64,000 nucleotides of DNA from Pseudovirgaria hyperparasitica (Eukaryota): the NCBI GenBank assembly GCA_010093815.1, contig ML996565.1. One strand, written 5' to 3'. How positions within the stretch are numbered: position 1 is the stretch's first letter; each line of letters starts with the position of its first letter. This document shows, in pieces, positions 53,657 to 64,000 of the stretch. The translations under genes were made by a program, and so were the position numbers. Below the pieces are notes generated by a model that was not told the origin of the DNA, did not search any database, and saw nothing but the letters and a program-made list of their open reading frames with translations.

Positions 53657-54195
53657 AGGTGGCAGACCTGGGAGATGAGGATTTGATATGGATGTGTTCA
53701 AGGTCATCGCAGAGTAACGATATCGAAGAGTGCATCAGCTCCGGTCATCGACACATGCTGTTTCACTGGTACTGAGGTCACAATTTACCTCTTACCATCC
53801 TCTTCTGGACGCAATGTACTATAAAGCGTGTCATCTTACAATAGAAAAAAGGACTTGGTTCCTAGTCTTCGATACAAGTTACAAAATTATACATGTTTGC
53901 TTCCAGTGGCGGTTCATTTGGTCTGTTATCACGGCCTAGACCAATCGTAGGTGCTCGGACTAGGACATGACTCCCATACAAGCTAAATACCAGGAAAAAC
54001 ATGTCATGAGGATTCAGCATTCATTCGTCTACCACGCACAGTCTGTCTTCTTATGATGAGCGAAATATCAACATCGGCGTAATCAAAGTCGACTGCGACT
54101 GCGACTGCGACGACTTAGGCCGCGACATCTATCTATCGCATCGGCCTATTTATTTCTGCCCCTCTTCAAGGGGTCCTTCTCCACAAGTTTCGACC

Positions 54196-55733
54196 ATGAC
54201 GAGTGCAAGAGGTATTGTCGTGTTTTCAGGTGGCAGCGCGGCGAATAATCTCGTGGACGTCTTCAAATCACTCGTCGAGAAAAAGAAATGCCCTCTGAGC
54301 TATGTAATACCTATCAGCGACAACGGCGGCAGCTCCTCTGAGTTGATTCGTGTCTTCGGAGGGCCCGGTACGAAGAGCTACATCTATACGTAAATCTCGG
54401 CCGAAGCTGACCACCAAAATCATAGGTATCGGAGATGTGAGAAGTGTGTTGAACGGAAGAAACACATATCGTTAATGCTCAAGTATCCCAGGTCGTCTCG
54501 TTCGCCTCATTCCCGATGATCCAAATGACGACGACTCCAAGAAGGCTGCCATCAGAGCCTTCTTCAATCATCGCCTGCAGGATGATCCAGGAATGGCGAG
54601 GCAAGAATGGCTGAATATCGTTGAAGCCCGACATGTCTTGTGGACTGACATTCCGTCGGAAAAGAAGGAGCTGATTCGTTCATTTCTGAATCTGCTGAAC
54701 CTTGAAATTGTCAAGCGAGCTCGGCCTTCATCTGTTTTCAACTTCTCCTCTGCCAGTGTAGGGAATTTATTTTTGACAGGGTTTGCGCACTTGATGAGAT
54801 ATGTAACAATTAAAACTGACACATCCTAGGGCACGTCTATTTTCTGGAAGCTTTGAGAGTGCCATATACCTCTTGAGCAACATCTGTGGTGTTCCTGACA
54901 ACGTGTCGGTGTTACCTGCTATCAACACTAATTTCACCCATCACATCTCCGCAGGCTTGAGTGACGGCTCAATTATCGTTGGACAGAACTCCATCTCTCA
55001 TCCAAGTGTTCCTACGGCTCTTCCTGAAAATGTAAGATTAGAGATTGAAGAGCACGACCGGATCGAAGACGGGACGCTGCCAGGATCGCTGCCAACTCTG
55101 CGGAAACAGTACATCACCTTCTCCAAGACAGACGAGGAGGAACTACCTGCTCGCATCGAAAGGATCTGGTACATCAATCCATATGGCCAAGAAATCCGTC
55201 CACGGTGCAACCCGAAGGTCGTCGACGCGGTAGACTATGCGCAATGCATAATCTATAGTATTGGTTCTTTATACACGTCTATCATACCAAACCTGGTCTT
55301 GGCGGATGTCGGCGAAGCAGTTGCACAGACGAAAGCTCGCTACAAGATCCTGATCCTAAACAGTAACATAGATCGGGAGACCGGGCCTTCTTCAGCGCCT
55401 TACAGCGCGACTGATTTCATTGCCGCGATTGCAAAAGCATGCGCAAGTAGTCGTGGTCTCAAAGGAAGCGTTCAACCCAATGACTATCGGACCTATGTCA
55501 CACATGTCCTCCACCTTGAGGGCTTGAACACACCAGTCGTCGAAAAGGTTGTTTTAAACAAGCTTGGAATCGAGACTGTTAGGCTGTATGGCAGAAAAAT
55601 TGAAGGTAAGAACGTTGTACGTTACGATGAGAAAGGCTTGCTCCAAGCTCTCGAAGCTACAATTGGTCGCCGCGACCCTCGAGCAGACGTGAGCAGGAGA
55701 AATACTGTGGAAAGTAGATATCCTCCTGTCTAG
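54196..55733 (+). CDS. UPF0052/CofD-like protein (YNL011C-like)
   Basis: VVFSGGSAAN, ISDNGGSSSELIRVFGGPG|IGDVR|SRLVRL, SVGNLFLTG|ARLF, IIYSIGSLYTSIIP; three introns. Confidence 0.9.
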
Positions 55734-56182
55734 AACTAAATCTATTGCCACTCAACAGGAACCAGTCTAGTGGATTTGACTCGTTGAATAATTCAAGCTT
55801 CATAGTCCGTGTCGCAAGTCTGCAGATATATTCGCAGCCAAGAAGGCTCTCTGCTACTTCTAAACTTCATAGAGCCGCCCTCGAATGGAGGAGGGGATGA
55901 TGTCCGGAGCCTTCCTCTTGGTAGGCTAGTCTCCTAGACCGAGTATAACTCGAATTGAATATCATGTATTCTTCGGGTATCAATGAGTTCCAAGGTTTGG
56001 AGATATTAGTGTCCGCACACACGCGGTATTTGTTATCCTGCGAGTTCCCGATATAAACAATTAAAATTCACATCTCATCGTGACTTATTTGTATCTTTGA
56101 TAACCCACCATACTCGTTGCACATTCCTCGGGGCATTGTCCATCAGCACACTTTCTACAACACTTATTACTAACTATCAAAC

Positions 56183-56839
56183 ATGCAAATATTCACGAAT
56201 ATCACGTCTTTGATTGCTGCTGTCGGCGCCGTCGTCGGCCACGATGTAATCGACGAACAAGCAGGCCTCAGCGAGTATCAGACTGACATGCTTAACTACC
56301 ACAATGTGCACCGCTGGAACCACACTTCGGAATCTCTCTCCTGGAGCCCGAAACTTGAAGCTGCAGCCAAGAGGACTGCTCATATCTGCAAGCTCAAGCA
56401 CGAGTAAGTCCGCCCTGCTCATGTATGTTAAAACTAAACCACTAACACATCACCTCTAGTCGCGCAGGCCAAAACCTCGCCGGGGCCATGAGAAGAGACG
56501 ACGTAGGCCCGACTGTTTCTAACATGTGGTACAACAACGAGTTCAGCAACTATGACAGATCCCCGAACGCAGCCAGCGAGCCGACGAAGCCAGGCAAAGT
56601 GTCGGGTCATTTCACGCAGGTGGTGTGGAGTGGGTCTGAGAGGCTGGGCTGCTATACTGCAGATTGCAGGAAAACTCCTTTTGGGTTTTTCTTGACGGTT
56701 TGTAATTACGAGCCTGTTGGTCAGTTGTTGTGTGGGTATGTGGATGATTTGAGCTAATTTATGTGATATAGGGAATGTTAGAGGGCAGTATAAGAAGAAC
56801 GTGCACAAGGCGATTGGATATCCGGTGCTGAGACCGTAA
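56183..56839 (+). CDS. Secreted CAP/SCP/PR-1 family protein
   Basis: Signal peptide, HNVHR, LSWSPKL, GQNLA, WYNNE, GHFTQVVWSGSERLGC, VCNYEPV|GNVRGQYKKNV; two introns. Confidence 0.9.
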
Positions 56840-57225
56840 GACTCGAACGGATGGTTCAGATTGTGGATGAGATCTTGATGGTCGTAGGGAGATCAAAGAG
56901 GCCAGAACTTGACCGCGACCTTGCGATTCTGAGTTTGATTCATCTATTCCTATAGCTAAACCCACCTATCCCCTCCTTTATCACTGATATACCACTTATC
57001 TTGGGATTATAACTATCTACTGCAATTTTTTGCACATACTGGATCGAAGAATGCACTGATGAGAATGCTTCTATGTCCAAAGCCGTTTCATGGGATCATG
57101 AGTGTGTCACATGGAATGAGACATTTTAGCCGTCAATCTCTTCAATTGCTATTTCTAAATGAACACTTCTAGGTTTCCATACAACTTTATAACATGAAGA
57201 GAAGGCTTTGGGATCGTAGAGATGC

Positions 57226-57650
57226 CTAGCAGTTCAGAACAGTGCTGTCCTTTCCGATGACGATCTTGTTGAACCTGTTTCCAGACGCAACATTAGCATT
57301 GCTGCGACCCTTGCAGAAGCTCCCCGTTTCCTAACAAACAGATATCAGCACTGAAGTTCGGAGAAGTGTTACGTCGATAAAACTCACACGGCCACCAGCA
57401 CAAGTTTTGACACATATACCATCGGCAAAGCCACTGCTGAACTTGTATGACGCAGCAGTGAAACCTAGAGGGAAGGTGCCCCTGGAATATGTCAGAATCC
57501 CGTGGATGGTAAAGAGATAGTCTGGTAAGCTCACGTTCCAGATGTTGCAAAAGCTTTACCGCCGTAGTTGGTGCTGGCGTAGCAAGACATGGTAGCGGCC
57601 TCAGTGGAGATGGCAGCTAGGGCTGCGATGAAGATGGTACTGAATTGCAT
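57226..57650 (-). CDS. Small secreted Cys-containing protein (104 aa, 3 exons), effector candidate
   Basis: MQFSTIFIAALAAISTEAATMSCYASTNYGGKAFATSGT|GTFPLGFTAASYKFSSGFADGICVKTCAGGR|ETGSFCKGRSNANVASGNRFNKIVIGKDSTVLNC*; both introns GTGAG...TAG/CAG keep the frame; TATA-like element upstream. Confidence 0.8.
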
Positions 57651-59612
57651 TATGGACAGTGTCGATGAAGTGATGGTTGCTTGATCAATTGATGCTGCGT
57701 TTGAAGGTGGATGTTTTGTTATGAATGCCGATAGTCAGGCACTGTGGAATTGGTGCCCTCTTTATAATTTTTCGATCAAAGTGACCCTATAAGATCAATA
57801 CTACTTTCAAATACTACCAAAAATACAAGATTGGCATACTCAGGGATTGAATCTGCGCATACAGGTCTATTTTCTCACGCAGTATCATTACAATTCCCTC
57901 AGAGGGAAGCCCAAAACAGTAAAAGTGGATTTTCAGCTATTGGTGGACTCATGCAGAGCTTGATCGCGTAGGGAAAGCCTTTCTAGGTACTGGCTATGTA
58001 CCATCGTGTAAAACATGCAGATTGTAAATACGAGCTCTCAAGCCTCTTCCAGGATGGATCCGACGTGATACCCGGACACGATGCAGATCGTTCAACGGCG
58101 TGGTACATTACCGGATCAAGTGACTGCCCAGCCATCAGATTCAATCACCCACTGTCTACCATTCGACCTTCTGACACATTCAAGTCAGAAATATGCTCTT
58201 ACAAGTACTACCACCTCTGTCCCTTCGTACACAGAACGCCCTTAAGTTCTATCAATGATACCCAGATCGAAGCTCCATCACCATGTACTCTGACTATAAT
58301 TGAGGAACAAGGATCTACCCAGAGAATATCTTACATATGCCTTGGCTTTATTGTGTTCCTGGCCGATCGCTTTCAAGAACGTTTACCTGATTAGGAAGTT
58401 CAAGAACCAGACTCGTATTCGCCTGTTAGCTGCCCAACACTAACCTAAAGATAGGTTGGATCACAACACCACCCCCCACACTTCTGGCGCACGAGCGGCT
58501 GTCCGGCGGGCTTGAGTGCTCACTAGTCTCCACAGCTCAGCTGGACAGGGACAGGACGGTTGGTATGGTCTGGCGTTCTCTGAGAGTGACCTGATCATAT
58601 GGATTGGGGGCCAAGGCTTGAGCTGGTTGGGTCGGACTACACTCTTATAAAGGAACCTTTCGTGTGCAGTAGTGTTATGTTCCATATCGCCACCCGTATG
58701 GGTGCGTGAGAACTTTCATTCACGCTATGGCTATTACTTAAGCTCATGTAGATCTAAAAGCAAAGGCTTAATGCGTTCCTCTAACAACTACTGCACATTC
58801 GATTTTGTCATTTTCGTACACAATACCGGAACATGAGAACGGGCTAGTGGTGTTTGCATTGATTGGGAGCTCTGTGTTTTTCTTGTAGACCGACCCATAC
58901 CCAAGCGAATGGAGAATTCATACATAGATATCTTGAATGCGACTCAGAGCATCTCCTAGTCCAACCTCTGCCTGTCGTGAGCAGTCCCAACACTGACGAG
59001 CAGATCAGGATTTGTGACTGAACGGATTGTCATATCCTAGCACTGAATGGTATTTTAAGACAGCCAGGAAGTCATAATCATTTTCATATAGCCACGGATT
59101 CAATTCTAATACCGCTAACACCGCTGTCCACGCTCTCTTTCAGTTCTTGAACCGAATACTTGAGGAGCTTTCAATCCAGATCTCGCAGTGCCCACAAATC
59201 TTAATCCTCTATGTTCCTTGCCTTGGGAAGTGACTAAGGTGATGAATGTACGGGAAAGGTTTGATGTGTCTGGGAAGTCTATGCTGTCCATGGTGGAGTG
59301 ATTCTAGAATGCGCTCGAACATTTCTTCTCCTAGACCGTTGTCACATACATATAGTGGCTTAATAACCTGTGGACAGAGTCTCTAGAAGATCAAGCTAGT
59401 TTAGTTGGAGCTCATATCTTATCGTTCAGGGATCAACTAATGTGTAAGGAATGAATGTTTCATTTTTTGACTTGAAGCAGAAATACTTCAAACGAATCAA
59501 GCTGAGGAAAGCGTGATAATCTCCCCTGTCAAAGGATAGATGATCAAGTGTTGCGGCCCAATAATCATAGATCTTGAAACAATATGCTGAAGTGAAATTA
59601 GTAGCTTCAATC

Positions 59613-60789
59613 TCAGCTCAAACTAATGGACTGAACAGGGGGCACGTAGTCAAACACGCCCGCCATGTTCAACATCCAGTTTTCCGCTGGTCGCGCACCA
59701 AACGCGTTCAAAGGAAAGCCTGGGTCAAACGGAGACGACTCTTCAATCTCCTTGATTTCGTCATCTTCCAGCTTCAGCCCAACTGCCTCAATGCTCTTGT
59801 CCAAATGTTCCAATTTCCGGCAACCGACGACAGGAAACACATATGGCGCTTTGTGCATAACATATGCAAGTGCCACGCTTGTCATTGGCACGTTACCTTT
59901 CTTCTTCGCGATGTTTTCCAAGGCCTTCGATACTGCAACCGCACCTTCCATCGCCCCCATACTCATCCTGACCTTCTCGCCATTCGCCTCGGCTTCCTTC
60001 CGCATTGCGTCTGTCCTGAACTGTCCACTTCCCAGTGCACCCCAAGGCGCAATTGCCATGCCTTCATCGCGTGCCAAATGCAACACGTCACGCTCGAAGT
60101 CACGATTCGCCGCACTCCAACGCCCCTGATAGACCACAAACCCACGCAGTCCATGGTCGCGTGCGTACTGGTTTGCTTTGGCAACAACGTACGCTGGCAT
60201 ATCTGAGGCTCCGAGATACAGCACTTTGCCTTGGTTGAGAAGTGCGTTGAGGCTGAGCATGAGCTCTGGGATCGACATTGTCCAGTCCCACCAGTGGATG
60301 TATAGGATGTCGATGTAAGACGTTTGGAGCTTTGCGAGGGAGGCATCGACTGAGTGCTTGAGGGATTTGGTGCTGTTGCCCGCAAAGTTGCTGTGTTTGG
60401 TGTCATAGCCTTGGCCAAGGAGGTACGGCGAAGAGAATTTGGTTGCGAGGACGATCTGATCGCGGTTCGATCGGGAGGTCATCCAAGAGCCGATGATACG
60501 TTCGGACTCGCCGTTGGCGTAGTTATTGGATGTATCGATGAAGTTACCACCCGCAGGTTCGAGGAATAAGCATTCGACATGGACTTAACAGTGAGCATCT
60601 CTTACTGAAAAACCTATCCATCACCTCGAAAGCCATTTTCTCATCACAAGTCCCGGTCATTGGATTCTCCTTCTCGCCGAAGCTCATCGTTCCAAGACAT
60701 AATGGCGAAACACGGACCGCAGCCGTGGGAGACAAGACACGATGACGGGCTATGTTGCTAACAGGAGCTGGAGGCTGTGGAAACGACAT
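59613..60789 (-). CDS. Aldo-keto reductase, aryl-alcohol dehydrogenase/NorA-like (possible splice-site lesion)
   Basis: VRVSPLCLGTMSFG, GGNFIDTSNNY, IVLATKF, YIDILYIHWWD, GKVLYLGASD, YQGRWSAANRDFERD. Confidence 0.85.
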
Positions 60790-61062
60790 GACCGGTGGTA
60801 TCTAAAGGGATCAGAGCTTGAGAGAACTGAAGTGCGGTGTATAGGGCAATAAGTAAACATTTGTTCATTGCGATTGGAATCGCGCTGTGGTAGTCTAACT
60901 GCACGAAGCCATTCATGATTCATGACCTTGTGTTTGCATCGATAGTCCGCATAAACATTTGACATGCTGCTTGGCCGTACTATAGTGCTGACATGTTGGA
61001 TAAATCGTAGATTGCGACTTTACAAATGACGCCAGTCAAGCACACACTTACCGCAGAAGCCT

Positions 61063-61422
61063 ATCCGTCCGTAACTTTTTCAGCGCAACTCTTGGCATGT
61101 GTTGCGCGCGCAACACACTACATTTTCTCTTATTCTCAAAAACCTATATTTTTGTTAATAACTCTAGTATTAAGACTCTAGAAGATATTAAAAGATCTTA
61201 TATACTTCTATTTATATTTAAAGAGTATTTATTAAGTTCTTTTAAAGACTAAAAGTTCTTATAGAGATAGATAATAGAGAAAATCTCTATTTTCTTAATA
61301 TCTTTACTATATACCTTGAGTTATTAAAGGAAATATAGGTTTTTAAGAATTAGAGGCATCGGTAAAAAACGTGTTATACGCGACACGTGCCAAGATTTGC
61401 GCTGAAAAAATTACGGACGGAT
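61063..61422. mobile_element. MITE-like element with about 44-bp terminal inverted repeats and AT-rich (RIP-like) core
   Basis: Left ATCCGTCCGTAACTTTTTCAGCGCAACTCTTGGCATGTGTTGCG versus reverse complement of right ATCCGTCCGTAATTTTTTCAGCGCAAATCTTGGCACGTGTCGCG (4 mismatches). Confidence 0.85.
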
Positions 61423-61956
61423 TAAACCCGACTCTTTCGGTTTCTGGAACCTATGTCCGCCCGATGGCTGCCACTAGACATGTACCTAGCCTTGAACTAT
61501 ATATATATCTTAGCCTATTCTGGAAATAATTAGCTTTTCCTCTCCCAGCCTCGCGAATCCGAACTTACTACTTGTTATCGGATGATGTCAAGAAAAGACT
61601 GCTCAGTGTTTCTCCGGGTGTGGGTATGGCCGGCGCAGGGCCTGTTAGCAATGTTCTGTTTGTCGATCCAGCGAACGTTAGCGGACTCGTTGGCACAACT
61701 TGGCAGCTATCTCTTGGTCTTGATGGCGTTCAGGCTTTATTATGCTGAGGACTATACGAGTGGCATAACCGCTGACAGGAGTGTGTACTGTGGGATATCG
61801 GATCCATGGATGAACTCATCTGCCTGCTCTGAATGAACGCGTTCATCGAACAGGCACCCAGGCCGCCGCCCTACACAACTTATTTTGCCTGCTTGTTCGA
61901 CAACGCAAAATATCAAGGAGCGTTCTCTTCAGTCTCCAAATCCACTTTGGCTACAC

Positions 61957-63477
61957 ATGGCACACGTCACACACCTGCCAAACGAGCTACTTTGCTCAAT
62001 CGCTGATAGACACCTTCTCTTACCCAACGACTGCTTTAGTTTCGCCATAACATGCAAGCGGATACACACAGGCCTGGAAATATCCCTACGACGTCATGGC
62101 GAGCTTTGGATTCAACACAAATCCCTTGTAATTCCTAATTACCATGTAGATGACACAGCGGACGCTCTTTCTGGCTTCTTGTCTGATCCGTACAAGATGA
62201 ACTATCTCACAAGTCTAACCATCAATAGTTTTTCATTGGATCAGCCGACAGTCTTGACTAGACTGTTCGGCGATTTCAAGGAGTCACTATTGGCCAAATC
62301 CCTAGAATATGGGCTTACTTCAACCGCTTACATTGACAAGGCGGGAGGCACCGATCTACTCGCGAAACAAGTGGAAAACATCCTCTTCGCTAGTGGAGAG
62401 TGGCCTGCGTGCTACTCAGAGCTATGCTGAGTGTTTTACTATACTTGTCACCAGAGTTGAGGCAGCTCACAGTCCGAGCAGGGAATGAGGCACATTACGA
62501 TTCAAATGAAACCTGGTATGATACATGGTACATGTTCTGCCTTGCCCACCGTTATATACCCTCGTCTAAAGCCTTGGCTAAGCTCAAGCATGTTTCTTTT
62601 CCACCGGATCCAGTGTATCCTGATGGACCACCAAAGCACATCATATACGCTATGATGTTTCTGCCAAGTCTGCGATCAATCGAAGCATCATATGTAACCG
62701 AAGACGATATCAACAAGCATTCTACCATGTCCAGAAATCACGAATCCTCTGCGACACAGGATTATGTGGAGGACCTTCTGGAGGACAAAAATCGTCGGCT
62801 TCAAACTCAAATCGCAAGCATCAAGCTTAATGAATTGTGACTTAAGGCCAACGTCTATCGAAGCAATTTTACAATGTGCCCCAGCCCTCGAAGAACTCTC
62901 CTACACGAGTGTAAATAGCTTGAACGACAGTTTCAGAGCCTGCACAGTCTTGATTTGTATTGCGAAAGTGGCTGCAGCAACGCTCCGCCATCTTACAGTG
63001 AATCTTAAAGTAACCGAACAAAGACAAGAGTGTTCATGCAACCAAGATGGACGACCAAGGCTCGAAAGAATGTGTAGTAGTTTTGCAAACTTCAAACATC
63101 TACACACGCTGACCATCAACTTCACCATCATCGGGAAGAGGAATATGAGCGCAAGCATCTATCATTTCACAATCGACCAACTCCCACCATCCCTCGTCAT
63201 CCTCGAGTTCCTCCCTGAGCTACGAGGACATCAAGCTGTCATCGTAGATATGCTACGAAAGAAACCACACCGCCTGCCACTACTAAAGAAGCTCACTATG
63301 AGACGCACAACGCCGCTGACTCGCGAAAGTAGTTGCTGGGAGACAGCATATCTCGAAGAAGAACGAGAGTTCCTAGAAGCCGGGCTCAAGGAGGCTGCAG
63401 AGTCAGCGAATGTACGCGTGATGTGGACCGATTACCGAAACCAGAACCAGCGGGTCGTGTCAGAAGGACTGATGTAG
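61957..63477 (+). pseudogene. F-box-like / LRR-like protein with two frameshifts
   Basis: Start MAHVTHLPNELLCSIA (F-box-like). Three overlapping same-strand ORFs with no intron signals at the joins: about 62400, and an extra A at 62829 (IKL-a-MNCDL). Confidence 0.65.
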
Positions 63478-64000
63478 AGGCGAAAGGAATCATGATGGAT
63501 GTGAGAACTCAAGTAGTGTGATTGAGTCACTGATTCGCATTAAAACCAACAAGTACAATTACTCGTAGAGATAATAGGATGATCTTGAATGATGTATGCA
63601 CCTTACCAATTCGTTTCAATCTACTAGTATCATGTTCATGCTACAACATTACTTATGCCTAGATTCTCTTTTTCATAGAAGTCAACTTCAAACATTAAGC
63701 TTCTACACGCAGCGCCGACTCTAAATAGTGCTCATGGGCTTGTCATGGCAGTGTTCCAGAGTACAAATTATTTTCCACAGATTGTCGTTGATCTATGAAC
63801 CGGTAACTTTATATGAAGCCACCGCAGGGCTGACAATACATTTGAAACATTGACTACGGAGATTTGCAGTGGCCGTGTAAGGATGATTGATGCGCGCTCT
63901 GCTTTGCGTGAAGGTTTGGACTTGCTACTTCATCAAGGAGAACTTGTACTTCGTGTGCTCAAACCCGGCATCACTTGGACTGCGACAATCTAGATGTTAT

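Noticed and set aside
57700..59500. Short ORFs in gene-poor stretches (also 26.0-27.1 kb and 29.8-31.4 kb)
   Set aside because: No recognisable motifs or consistent exon structure; they may be very old gene relics but this cannot be supported by eye.
60557..60605. U12 (AT-AC) intron interpretation
   Set aside because: The donor is GTAAGA, not the U12 consensus RTATCCTT, and ascomycetes lack the minor spliceosome.

Overview
This is intron-containing genomic DNA from a filamentous ascomycete fungus. The GT-AG introns have CTRAC branch sites, and there are AT-rich patches with a RIP-like composition. Most of the window is housekeeping genes: TEL1/ATM, NUP192, MRP17, SMD3, IRC6/AAGAB, GCV3, GEP4, RNR2, DMA1, MAS2, a SHG1/BOD1-domain gene, a complex I subunit and a UPF0052 gene. 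Between them lie accessory genes, many of them damaged (NmrA-like, Gfo/Idh/MocA, amidase, HET, aldo-keto reductase, F-box-like), two MITE-like elements with clear terminal inverted repeats, an LTR-like relic, a tRNA-like element and three secreted-protein genes. The most striking part is an accessory island at about 39.8-50.6 kb. It contains a HET pseudogene, a fragment resembling a DUF3435 (Starship captain-type) tyrosine recombinase, an APH-like kinase, an AT-rich RIP-like patch and a hypothetical gene. It ends in a head-to-head pair of atypical MetAP1 and MetAP2 genes only 291 bp apart. That combination recalls the extra MetAPs of the fumagillin cluster, but there are no biosynthetic genes in the window, so it is a candidate stand-alone, possibly once-mobile MetAP-inhibitor resistance cassette. 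All family assignments come from motif recognition by eye; no searches were run.
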